Shown here one piece after another: positions 26,779-39,077 of a stretch of 64,000 bases of DNA. Each line of letters opens with the position of its first letter. Positions within the stretch are counted from its first letter, which is position 1. The translations under genes and the position numbers were made by a program. Origin of the DNA: Mytilus edulis (lineage: Eukaryota); contig NC_092346.1 in NCBI RefSeq assembly GCF_963676685.1, positions 21,080,001-21,144,000 of the forward strand, read 5' to 3'. The notes below the pieces were generated by a model, which had not been told where the DNA came from, did no database searches, and worked only from the letters and a program-made list of their open reading frames with translations.

Positions 26779-27360
26779 TTACTCTAGCATGACTGTTTAC
26801 TCTAGTATGAAACATAGGTCACGTTGTTTGGTTGAAATATCCAAGTACAACTACTCTTTTTTTTGTTCCTTCCATGCCTACAAACCATGTTCTGTCGAAG
26901 TTTATACGTCTGCTTGTACAGTGATTTCTTTCTCTACATTCTGTCGGTACTCTTTCCAAAATAATTTCCTTCTTTGAGGATCATTTAAAAACGAATGGAC
27001 TTCTTAGTAGAATTGCATTAATTGTGAACTTCAATTCCCCGTATTTTCACACAGGATCATGCGTACCCTTATTTTGATTTCTAATTTCTAATTTGAAAAA
27101 CAAAATTTCATCGACAAACGGCGTGCACCATTCATAAGAATGTATTGTAAAAAAAAAACAGAATAAAAATCTCAGTCTGTTATGCACGAGAACACGTATA
27201 GATAAATCTTGCAAACGCTTACAGATCATTCAAAATATATTTAAATGAGAAGAAAACGGGAGTAAGAAGACGAAACCATCAATGTCAAATAATGTACTTC
27301 ATCAAGTCCCTCATCATTCTGTATCTTTTCGAAGTTACTATCAATTTATTTAATGAAAAT

Positions 27361-27505
27361 GCCACTGCTTGTGAACGTTTCGTCCCCGAGGGTATGACCA
27401 GCCCAGTATTCAGCACTTTAGTGTTGACGTCATGGATATCAATTATATCGTCCTTTTTTATATAAACTAACTGTTTTCAAAAGAATGAATTATTCGAAAT
27501 ACTAA
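27361..27505 (+). repeat. Left part of a ~355-bp retrozyme-family array interrupted by the Academ element
   Basis: GCCACTGCTTGTGAACGTTTCGTCCCCGAGGG... matches the 39361 unit and resumes at 31381 after the TSD. Confidence 0.8.
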
Positions 27506-28369
27506 TAGTGGAGCGGCGGAAAGGACAATTTTAGAAATTTTAATTACCTAAATACCTCATGGGATTTTAATAGCTCATTGGAAAGCTGAAATGGTGTAGT
27601 TTTTGAAAATATGTGTCGTAAATATAAAATCTGGTACAATTATACCTAAAATCAAGGTCAAAGGTCATCACTTAAAAACATCCTATTTTCATCTCGAGAA
27701 ACAATACCATTGATATTTTTCAAAATTAATAATCTATATAATAAATTATTTGAGTAGTTTTATGCAGAAATGCATTAGTTCATACACAATCTTTTTCATA
27801 TTTGCACATGACGTCAGAACAACGTTTTATTTAACTATTTTGAAGGTAGTCCGTCCGTGGTATACAAATTATAAAGCCTAATAAAAAAACAGTAACAGAA
27901 TAACCTTGACTTTTCACCTCGACAAATATCATTTCTTGAATACTTTATGATAAAAGTTTTCCAAAGAGTATCCGAAATGCAAAGTTGATAAATCAAACAA
28001 AATGTGCAGCCATGTTAAATATACTTTCAGTTTTCAAGGATTCGACATGTCACTGAGTTTTCTTAAAATGAATTGCAACTATCTCAATACAAGATACCTT
28101 TTCATATAATATAGTAATTGGAGTGATATATTACTCAAAGTAAGTGGAAGCGTGTTGAAGAACAAATTCAAAAATTGCGACATGACATTTTGGTATCTAT
28201 GATGAGTTTATTTTCATACAAAATGAAACATCGAAAAAAATAAATCAAATCAAAATAAAGTTACCAAATATTACAAAGAGAACTATGTTCATGTTATTTT
28301 ATCTGTGTCATCAGCTATGTCGGCTTATTCTGCCTGGACATTGTTACAATTACCTAAATTTTGATCAAA

Positions 28370-30070
28370 ACATAAATCAGTGCAAGGAAGACACTGGTCC
28401 TTGCAAACACATGCTGTCCCTGCTGCCTGGTACGCCTTTTTCCCCATTACAAGAACGAATTAGATCTTGTAGAACGTCTGTTGCCATTTGTCACTCAAAG
28501 AAAACTGACTATAACTTGCGCAGTTTTCCAACCAAAAGCACATGGGGAGCCATTATTATTTTGGGTTGGTTAAATTTGTCAAAATGGAGCAAGTTGTATG
28601 GTACAATTACTAGACAATTCAAGTGACAAGACATATCCCTCTCTGCATATCATTCTACGAATTGCCCACAACATATCTGGAGTCTGGCCGATTGGATTCT
28701 CTGCAAGTGTTTAAAAGTTCAAGTGCAATTTGACATCGCGACGGTTCGCCTTTTATTTTTGGTTTTGTAATGGATAAGCACTGCATCAGCGAGGATACTT
28801 TTTCCGGCGTCATAGAGTAATGATTTGTTCGGTTTCCGTTCAAACCGTTGTCTGATACTAAATCCGAGTGTTCCATGTAGAACTGAATTTTGGAATATAG
28901 CACGCGCCATCGAGTGAAATGGTTTTTTTTTTTACCGTCAATCGTTTCGGCATTAATGTCAATGTTGTCAACACCTTCTTGGAATAAGGAACCACAATTA
29001 GCTATACCGAATTGGACATAACAACCACCTTGTATTTTTGTTATTTCAGCATTCGCTACACTAGTCAAAAACCTCCGAACCTCGTCATACTTGACATAGA
29101 AACCATGTGCATTAAAATAGTCAATCACAGACTTCGATCCGAGCTCCTGCAGGAGCGGATTCAGCCATTTTAAAAAGGGGGTTCCTTTACTTATTTAAAA
29201 ATTTATCATTTTTTATCTTAATATTGAGGCTGCTTCATAAAGTACATGCATATCGGTCTGTTCATTGGTTTTGATGGAGCTACATGGACTTAAGTAGGCT
29301 TTTATCTCAAGCATTTCTAATTATGCTTACATGTTATTTGCTGCTTTAACAGCGACTTCAATGGAAATATCGCTAGCAAATACAATGCTAGATTTACCTT
29401 GTCCTTGTTGAGCAAAAAATCCAATGGCATTCCCGTAGTGCTTCTCAAGTTGATCTTATGTCTTACTTACTTTATCAGGTAAAAAAGACTGGTACAATGT
29501 CAAAAGTAATGACAATACCAGAGAGTTTTTGTCACAAATAAGGTCTCTGTTTATAATTTCACTTACTCTTTCAAATGCCAAATCATACGCAGATTTATCA
29601 GTGGAGTTTGGTCTATATGCCAAGTATGTGGTCAGACATGCTGCGTGATACATTGCATTATTGATCAAATTATCTTGCTCTATTCGATGAATTATTCCAG
29701 CGTCGCATGTTCTAACAGCAGCATCTTTAAGATTGAATAACCTTTCAGCGTATGAAATTGTATGTAAAGTGTTCACCCTTTTATGAGACATTTTTTTGCA
29801 AATAATACACTTTGATGTATTGTGATCAATATTTTCAGGCACCAAAGAATAAGTTACATCAGAATTTATATCTGGTGTTTCCTTTTCAGCTAAAAAACAT
29901 GATACTGATTTTAAATTCTGCTTACTTGTGTAGCTTTTATAACATGACCTATGATACCTAAATACGGGTAATTCACTTGCTGTTTAAATTCATTGCATAA
30001 TTCATTCAAATACCTGGACAAATAATCACGTATCTTTGCTGCAGCATTTATCACACTTTTTCTTCCAGAT
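28370..30070 (-). pseudogene. Fragmented Academ transposase ORF
   Basis: ORF pieces 29456-29845 and 28655-29128 plus a Cys-rich terminus near 28370-28420, broken by stops, frameshifts and a large deletion. Confidence 0.7.
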
Positions 30071-30084
30071 TCTGTTGGTGTTAA

Positions 30085-30462
30085 TAATTACATTAGATGT
30101 ATGTTTCATTATAATATCTTATTCTGATTGGCTAACTGCACATCACGTGTTATTCCGTAAGCAGTTCACTGTTGCATTGCTCAATACAACTTTTCATTCA
30201 TGATAACACGTGCTCCAACAATAAAGTGCACAGGTGAATTAAATAATAAAATATATAAAATTCGTGTTTTCATGATCATAGCTAAAAAATGTAATTATAA
30301 GTATTGAATGCTTCTTTTTGCAACTTTATAGGGTTATAAAAGCGTTGACCGTGCGTACATTTTTAGAATGAAGCGTTTCCGCGCCCGCGCTTCATACAAA
30401 ATGTACTTCGGTCAACGCTTTTACATCCCAATAAATTTACAAAAAGAAGCATTCAATTCTTA
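30085..30462 (+). mobile_element. Non-autonomous hairpin-ended repeat (TTCTGATTGGC motif; possibly Crypton-like) nested in the Academ relic
   Basis: ~75-bp-arm inverted repeat at 30304-30457; inverted copies at 49135-49503 and 59625-59953. Confidence 0.6.
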
Positions 30463-31377
30463 ATTAAAAAAATTTCAACAACAGAATCTTAGATAATACA
30501 TTTGTCAGCACCAACAACCACTCTTCTTATTTTTTTTTTGCATCTGGCGGGACCATGTGAAACGAGACTGTTAAATTGTCCATTTGATTGAATAAAAAAC
30601 AAATCAAACACACCCGAAAACCAAACAAACCCTACAGTGATATTCACTTTCCCAGTTAAATTGAACTAAAACGAATAAACAACAACACCAAACAACATAG
30701 ATTAATCACAAGGCTTCGGAAATTATAAAATAAACAAGAAATATGCTTGAAAATTACTACGAATGACCTTCGTTAAATCGCTGAATGTGGGACTATAACT
30801 AGAAACCCCAACAACGTCGGTAAATCTGTGACAAATATTCGGACTTGAAATCTGGATAAAAAGCAGATATTTAGCCAAATATCTATCTTATTAGGATTTA
30901 ATTTCAAAAAGTAAATCGGGTCGATTGAAGTATTATAAGGCGGCTTTACTGTTGTTCCTTTAAAATACACATATACTGCACGTGCTAATAATGCTTGGGG
31001 GAAAATGATGATTTTTCAGTGTTATTTTCAACTGTTTTCAGATGCAGTGTGCTTTACATGTAGAACTATTTGGAAATGCCCTTATATTGTATGAAGTTCA
31101 AGAAGAACTGTATTTACCAATTTCGTTCACAAATCATTTTTTTAGAACGGGTTTGTTATGAAATTTGTCTACAGAATCAGTAGTGGGGTATTCGATGCAA
31201 ATTGGGTAACGTCAGTTAAGGCTATTTTTAACATCATTTGTACCACATTTGATATTTACGACAAACATTTTTCTAAAGCTGAATAATCGATAGACCTTAA
31301 AATTCCATGAGGTATTTAGGTAATTTAAAATCATAACGGTTAACTAAGCGACTTTTTCAACTTTCGCCGCTCCATTA

Positions 31378-31944
31378 TAAGGAGTTTTTAATCCCAGGCA
31401 TGGATTACCCTATTAATCGTATTTGGTACAACTTTTTGGAATTTTTGGTCCTCAACGCTCTTCAAATTTATACTTGTATGGCTTTATAGCTATTTTTGAT
31501 CTAAGCGTCACTGATAAATCTTATGAAGACGAAACGCACTTCTGGCGTATCAAATTATTAACCTGGTACCTTTGATAACTATTTACACTATTGGTTCGAT
31601 GTCACTGCTGGTGGACGTTTCGTCCCCAGAGTATTACCAGCCCAGTTGTCAGTACTTGGGTGTTGACATGGATATCAATTATATGGTCCTTTTTATAAAT
31701 CAACTGTCTACAAAAGTATGAATTATTCGAAATACTAAGGTTTTTCTTATCCAGAGCATAGACTACCTGTTCTTAGCCGTATTTGGCACAACTTTTTTGA
31801 ACTTTGGGTCCTCAACTCTCTTCAACTTTATACTTGTTTGACTTTATAGCTATATTTGATCTGAGCATCACTAGTGAGTCTTTTGTAGACGAAAACGCGC
31901 GTCTGACGTATCAAATTATAAGCCTGGTACCTTTGATAACTATT
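31378..31944 (+). repeat. Right part of the degenerate retrozyme array (two mutated hammerheads, ~31505-31548 and ~31865-31909)
   Basis: Same unit as 39361-40406; cores read CTGATAA and CTAGTGA instead of CTGATGA. Confidence 0.75.
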
Positions 31945-33985
31945 TAGTCATTGAAACCATGTATTTACCTAATCAACAGATGACAGTTAGTGTATAGTAA
32001 TACCGAATGGCACGTACATGGTATTTTTGTTAAGCAGATGCGATATATCTGTCGTAAAGTGTAATTAAGAACACGCTTGACTCAAATTGAAATTTTCTTT
32101 CAAAACTTTCGTGGGTGTGTTTCCTGGTTCGTTAAATATATTGTTACGTAGCAAACATTCCGTTTCAAATTGACTAGTTACATTACAATAATTTAAACAA
32201 ATATATGTATTCCGTACTTTTTTCATGACGTATAACAAACTTTTTAAATATTAACCTGTAAGCTTCTACTCCAGTAGATATTATTTTAGAATAAGAATGT
32301 CCTTCCTAGACGTTGCATTGTTCAATAGCTATTCATAATTTGAAACAATGTATCAAAATTGTTGTTTTGATGTCTGTTTTCTGTGTTATATGTTGTGGAC
32401 AGTTGCTACAATGAAGAGACTGTGCATCTGGTGCAGAAAAAATGATACCGTTAATGTTATTGCTTTTCTGTTTTGTATTTTCATGGTTCTTGACTGTCCA
32501 ATTTCTTTAATATGTGTTTTTTCCAAAACTCTTGAAGGTTATGAGATTTATTTTGATAGAAAAGTGTGCTTTTCACTTGATGTCCGAACGATAAGTTTAA
32601 ATTCAGATTTATATTTAATGTTTATGGTCAAATAAATTTTAAACAATATGACAATGATAGAAAGTCAAAACTTTATGATCCTTTGGAAAAAAACCACAAA
32701 GGAGTGTTTGGTCAAGATTCTCAATGGTCGTAAAAATAACGCGTATTTTAAAAAACAAAGTGTTTAAAATTTATTAAATCATTCCGCTTAAACCAGCGCT
32801 AAGGGCTGGTTTAAACTTGTAATTCTGAGTAGAAGGGTTTTGACTTCGAGATCTAGAAAAGAAACATAGAAGCGTTACAAAATAACATAGAAGCTATGTT
32901 TCCTTACATTTGTTTGAGTTTGGTTTCTTGATGATCTTTTGTCATGAAAGGCAAAATCGTGTACACGAGAGAAGCCTCCTTAAATATACCAGGAAAGCGT
33001 TACAAAATATTATATATGTAATTCTTTATTTGCAAAACAGACAAAAACCAATTTTGGTTATGGAAAATACATTGACAAAACAAACATGATCAAACATAAT
33101 GAAAACTCGACAATATTATAAGAGATATATATGATAAAAACAGTTATTGTTCTCCTTTCCTCAGTTCTAATGACTCTTTAATAAAAAAAAAAAAACTGCT
33201 TTTACATCATTTGGTGTTGATGGATTTAGTATAATCACGAGTTTATCAGTAAAATTAAGTGTTTTAAAATTCACATATTTTTGTATTTAATATTTTAGAA
33301 AGATTTCTTTTTTATTTTCATTTATTTTACAGTTAAAGAAAAATGAAATTCATCGTCTAAGATATTACATATTTTACATTTTCTTTCATTTCGTGGTATT
33401 TTGGTATATCGTCCAGTTTCTATTAAGAGACAATGGTATCCTCGAGGCTTTAAATGTAGTAGTTCCATATTTTGAACCCAGATTTTTCTACACTGGGTCA
33501 AACGTAATTTTTAAATCTATAACAAGGTAGTAAAGGTATATTTAAGTTATGACAGATAAATCAAGTCGTGCGGTAATTGGCCTTTTAAAAACCCTATGAA
33601 GGAAAAGGAAATTACAAGTTAAGAAAAAAATAATGAAAATTTTCAACTATATTATTATGAACTATAAAAAATACAACACTTCCTTTATATTATTTAATAT
33701 ATTCATGTTAAATTGTTTTTTTTCTTTAAAAACACTAATAAGGGGAAATAAAGAAAAAATAAAACTACACTTTTCGGTCAATCACATCTACATTGTTCAA
33801 ATAAAAAATGTTTTAATGGAAGTATATATGTATATACGTAGTTAATAGTGAATAAAACGTTTGTGTATACTCTGTATTTATTTCTCAATTATTACAGGAT
33901 TGCTTCCTAAATATATTGTTCAAGATATATTATTAACCAACTAAGTACATTATTGCCAAAAATGACTATTTATTAAAAATTACAT

Positions 33986-34636
33986 ATTTTCTGTAATGGC
34001 CCTGTTTTTCTGTAATGGCCCTGTTTTTTTCTGTAATGGCCCTGTTTTTCTGTAATGGCCCTGTTTTTCTGTAATGGCCCTGTTTTTTTCTGTAATGGCC
34101 CTGTTTTTCTGTAATGACCCTGTATTAATGCCCAGTTGTCTGTTTTAAACCCAGTTAAGGTTTTTAATAAAGTTCATAAAATTAAGTTTTAAAGAGTATA
34201 TTAATATCTTTTTGTATTTTGTTTAATTTAGTAACCAGTAACAAACATTAAAGAGTTATACAGAACCATATAAAGGGATCACTGTTCATCCTGTTTTTCA
34301 ACACATAACTTCTTTCAACTTTATATCTTGGATATTTGGTATATTTTAAGCTTTATCATGGTGAAGTACAAATTATTTTTTTTCAAACTAAACTGGCATT
34401 AAAAGAGTAAGAGAGCACATCAAGTTCGTAGCAACACATATACTTTTGTTCAGTTGGTTAATAAATGTATACAGAAATGGGTGTTTTTATAATGGCCCTG
34501 TTATATGTCCTCAGTCAGTAATAATGGCCTCGGATGTCTGTAATGGACCTCGGCGTTGCCTCGGGCCATTACAGACTTCCTCCACCATTATTACAGACCT
34601 TGGACATATAACAGGGCCATTATAAAAACACCCATT
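33986..34636. repeat. Minisatellite (TTTTTCTGTAATGGCCCTG x~7) plus a ~160-bp terminal hairpin sharing the TAATGGCCCTG motif
   Basis: Tandem units at 33986-34123; inverted repeat AATGGGTGTTTTTATAATGGCCCTGTTATATGTCC ... GGACATATAACAGGGCCATTATAAAAACACCCATT at ~34477-34636. Confidence 0.7.
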
Positions 34637-35563
34637 CATTAATACTATAATATAAACTGTGTCACGTCCTTGAAATGAAAACGAGAAAAACATAATATCT
34701 TAAATACATGTAATGTTAATAATCGTGTGATATTCATTAATACCAAAATTCTTTTTTAAAGTTCCTCTTTGGTTTTTTCGGAGAATAATAATAAATTCGT
34801 CGAATTATTCCTTATTGAGAAAAAAAACATCTGATTAAGGAAGGACATTTAATTTATAAATAAATGTTGAAAATACTTCATAAAGCATTGGGTAAGTGTA
34901 GTTAACTAAAAGGCAAAAGTTAGTTATCAATTTTATGTTAACAGTTATATCATTTCACATCATAATCTGTTGTTTCGTGGGGAAAAAAGGTTAATTGAAT
35001 TATTTAGAAGTTGTAAAAAACGTTAAATTTTAATTTGAGTGACCACAAATTAAAAAGAGATATCATTGTAAGATCAAAGATAAAATTCGATAAGTTGAAT
35101 ATAATTATATGATAATATCATTTAAAATGAAAATAATATATACATTAAGGACAGTATTAAACCATCAAACCAACGATAGAGAGAAAAAGAATAAAAATAA
35201 ACTCAAAACGGTCATGACAATAAAACAATGTTTGCTCAAATACCAGACGGTTTGTATTTAAAAGAAATCTGTATATTCTAATGACCTAAAAATGTTCAGT
35301 GTTTTTTGATATTTTGTTTGAGAAAAAAAGGAGATGTATTTCCTTTTACACTTGTATTGTTCAAGTTGAAAAGATTTCAAGTAAAGACGGATTTCTTTTA
35401 TCAACATTTTCCAAGAAATCAGGTGTATATGATAAAAATAGCTGTACATGTAGTCATGCTTACAACATTCAAAAAGTAGAGCACAAGATGAAATTCTGAA
35501 TTATGTCTAACTAATTAACAATTTCAGTCTTTTTTAAGCAGGTATTCTGAGTAGAATGTTGAA

Positions 35564-35956
35564 ATGGGAAATTGTTTAAAATGCCATCTAGTTCGTGACT
35601 ATTCAGAAGCCAGTTTTCCGACTGAAAACATGCGTTCGGAACTGTTCTTATCGGAGGGAAGTTTGGTGAGCTGTGATTCAAATTGTTCCCAGAGTACTTT
35701 AAATGAACCATCAATGTTTTCTTTTAAAAGTGGGACAAAGACCAATAATGTGTACTTCGAAAATGACGTATGTATCATTTGTTTAGAAACATACGATGAT
35801 CAAGTACACAATCCATTGCTTTTGCCTTGTGGACACATGTTCTGTGCAGTGTGTATTAGAATGATGGCTAAGAAAAGAAGATTCAAATCGATCAGATGTC
35901 CAGTGGATAGAGAGAAACATCATATTACTAAAGATGTTTCTTGCGCAGGTATATAA
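35564..35956 (+). CDS. Small RING-finger protein (130 aa, C3HC3D RING-HC variant), putative E3 ubiquitin ligase with N-terminal MGNC acylation motif
   Basis: CIIC-x15-CGH-x2-CAVC-x14-CPVD; single coding exon preceded by a T-rich acceptor (~35531-35541); AATAAA at 35989-35994. Confidence 0.8.
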   Translation: MGNCLKCHLVRDYSEASFPTENMRSELFLSEGSLVSCDSNCSQSTLNEPSMFSFKSGTKTNNVYFENDVCIICLETYDDQVHNPLLLPCGHMFCAVCIRMMAKKRRFKSIRCPVDREKHHITKDVSCAGI

Positions 35957-36138
35957 TAATGATTTAAAATGAAAAATTTTGACGAAAAAATAAAATGTTT
36001 TATCCATAAATGTAAATGAAAACCTTGTTAAGGACTCTTTTCGTTAGTGAATTTTAAGTTACATGTTTTGATGTTGATAATGTTTTCGGTAATTAGCGAT
36101 GATTTAAGCACTTCTTTCCTGAACTCCAAAGATCCCTT

Positions 36139-36348
36139 TCTAAAGAGCGGCAATTGTTTGACAGTTCAGAATGTATAAATACCTTAACAATTCTTCTTTA
36201 AAGTAGTTTAGTTTTATACCTTGACATATTGTGTGGGCTCCTGTCTAAAGAGCGTCAATTGTTTGACAGTTCAGAATGTATAAATACCTTAACAATTCTT
36301 CTTTAAAGTAGTTTAGTTTTATACCTTGACATATTGTGTGGGCTCCTG
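36139..36348. repeat. 105-bp tandem duplication
   Basis: 36139-36243 and 36244-36348 are nearly identical. Confidence 0.9.
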
Positions 36349-39077
36349 TTGTTGAAGACTCTGTGTTGCCATCTTAATGTCTTTCAGTTATCTGTTTGTG
36401 TAGGGTTGCAGTTTCATTGAATTGTACTACACATTTTATTTTATCAATTTGAAATATTTGCCACTGGGTGTTTAACAATCAATAAAACTGAATGTAAATA
36501 CCAAAATCTATGAAATCGAAACTTCTGAGAAAAATAACGTCTCTTTGCGTTAAAGAATTAAAAGATTGTGTGTCACTTTTATAATTTTAGACAACTCTTT
36601 GCGGACTTTCGATACAGAAGCACAAACATTACAAATGAGTGACATCCTTTCATTGAGTGATATTGGTCCATCTTTAAATGACCAGCAAATACAATGGAAC
36701 CAACATACAATAGAAAACTTGGATTCATGGTATGCGCATGGCTTACAACAATCACTAGAACTATCATCATGGGAACCAAATGCGCCCCATTCTCTGCATA
36801 GTTTTTGGACAAGATGAAAACGCTGAACAACTAGAATATTAGCATATATGTGTAGGATTGGTGTGATTTAGTTATCCAAGAACACTTTCAGTGCTTAAAA
36901 CAAAACACACAAAAATAGTCATTTTACTTATATCTACCTCTATTTTCATGATATTTCCATCATTGTATGAACATGCTTTTTGAGTTTAAAAGAATATAAT
37001 CATTTTTTTCTATGCCTCCTTTACCTCCGAATATCATAGAATAATCCATGTAATATTTTCTATTTATTCTGAGTGACTTTTGTATTTTAGATATGACTTA
37101 ACTCGATTGAGAATGAACCTGCATTTCTTTTCCAAGCGATATCCAACGAGTTACTAAACCTAAATTTTCAGGTGTGGGAGGGAGAGAGGATTTCGGTAAA
37201 GAATATTCTATCTTGCTAAATTCTAAAACAAAATTACTTTGGCCAAAATTCCGTATTCTCCAAATCTTTTTCCCCAGGTGGTCCTAAAAGAACATCTGCA
37301 TTTCTCATTATAATTTTTATTGCAAAAAAACAAAAAAATGTGTTGGTGTTAAATTTGGTGGGGGAAATCTCCGATCCACCACTTTTCAAGAACTCTGCCA
37401 AAACATCATGAACATGTATGTTTAATGTTGCACGCCAAAATGCAGGGAATATGTGTGTAAAAGAGAGAGTCTTGCAAAAAGATGAAAACAAATATTCAGT
37501 CAGACAAAAACTCCGCCTGTCCCCATTTTTCGTGTCACTTATTCTGATAGTCAGTTAGTTATAAGAGGCTTTAGAGTGCTTTCTCATATTCATAATCCCT
37601 CCACACCGTACAGACTTAGAAATCAATTGCAAACTGGGGTTTTTGTTATCTCATAGGGACCTGAGACTACTATAACACTGTGTTATAGTAGTCTCAGTAG
37701 GGACCGATTAAGTTAAAAAGAAAATGTGTGTTTTAGGATGAAAATAAAACAATAAATTTTATTTTATCATTTTGTCGCATATTGATTACATACATTATAC
37801 AATAACATAATAAAAAAGTACATTAAGACAATCAATACTCAGCCATTGAGTTGGCTTATGTGACAAATATTTACAAAACAATTCAGATTTATATGTAATA
37901 ACATATCCTTATATATATATAATATATGTAGATTTATTTTGAAATATGGATGAATACAAATACGAAACAGTAAAGGAGAACAAAGATGCAACACTATATA
38001 AAAACAAAATGGGAGAATTCTTGTTTTGAATTCTCCTTTTCAGCAACAAAAATCTTAAGTCAGTTTAAATACTTTGGTACGATTTATTTTTAAAATCATC
38101 TTGTTGACAGTTAAAACATCATTTGTTATGTTCCATTCTGATATTTAGGGTTGTACTTCTGCTTCGCTACAGTAACTATTTGACCCTTTTGGTTTGCTTC
38201 CCAAACCTTTCTTACCAAATGCAGATCTATGTTGGCTGTATACATTTTACAATCCAAGTCAAATTCTACTTTATAAAATGTTATTGAATACAACACACAA
38301 AGTTGCAGAATATTATATGTTTATATTTCTTTCAAAATCAACTGACATATGTATACCACATTTTACTGGAAGGCATAGTCACAATGATAAGGATACCTCC
38401 ACTAACTGTTTAAGTGCATATCATATATGGTAAACAAGTCTGAGATCAGGAATTTTAAGAAGATATTAATGTTAAAAGGTTAATACCTTCACAGAACTAC
38501 AGTAGACATAAAAATGAAAGTCGGTTATCTTTTGCGGTCAGACAATAAGATGACCAGAGTTCGAAAATTTTAAATTTTACATTTGATACAGTTTTTCGTA
38601 TTGTTTTGTACGTGAAGTTTATATTATGCAAAAAGTGAGTTGTGTTTCACTTGTTTCTTATGAATGGATTTTCAAGATAATCTAACTGAAAATGACAAGA
38701 AAATTGAGTGGTTAAAGTTTTTTTTATTTTTTGGAAATTATGCTCTATAATTCTGTTGGTGGATGTGGCACTTGATCTATTAAATTGAAGTTCACCAAAA
38801 ATGTGTGTGCGCACAAATACAGTCATCTAGATATCAAATGTATATTTACAAAATCATTAAAGACCAAGCTGAGCGTTAAAAACAAATTGTGTGGAAAACA
38901 TTTATCGCATGAACATACTTTAAATAATTTGAACTCTAAAATCTTCTAAACAGTTTAGAAAATATTATAAAATATCCAATAAACTGACTTGTAGGATTAA
39001 GACGACATTTAAGCACCATTGTTCGCTTCAAATATCATAATGGGTGTCATGATTTCTAGATGTGATCTTTTAATATA

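Larger units (their letters stand above)
27506..31377 (-). mobile_element. Academ-type DNA transposon relic (internally deleted, decayed transposase)
   Basis: TIRs TAGTGGAGCGGCG / CGCCGCTCCATTA, subterminal inverted AATTACCTAAATACCTCATGG, 3-bp TSD TAA (27503-27505, 31378-31380). Minus-strand remnants include YHRSCY, CIICKK..YHAACL, YDEVRRF..GVDNIDINAETIDGK and a C-terminal CVCKDQCLPCTDLC Cys cluster. Confidence 0.75.
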
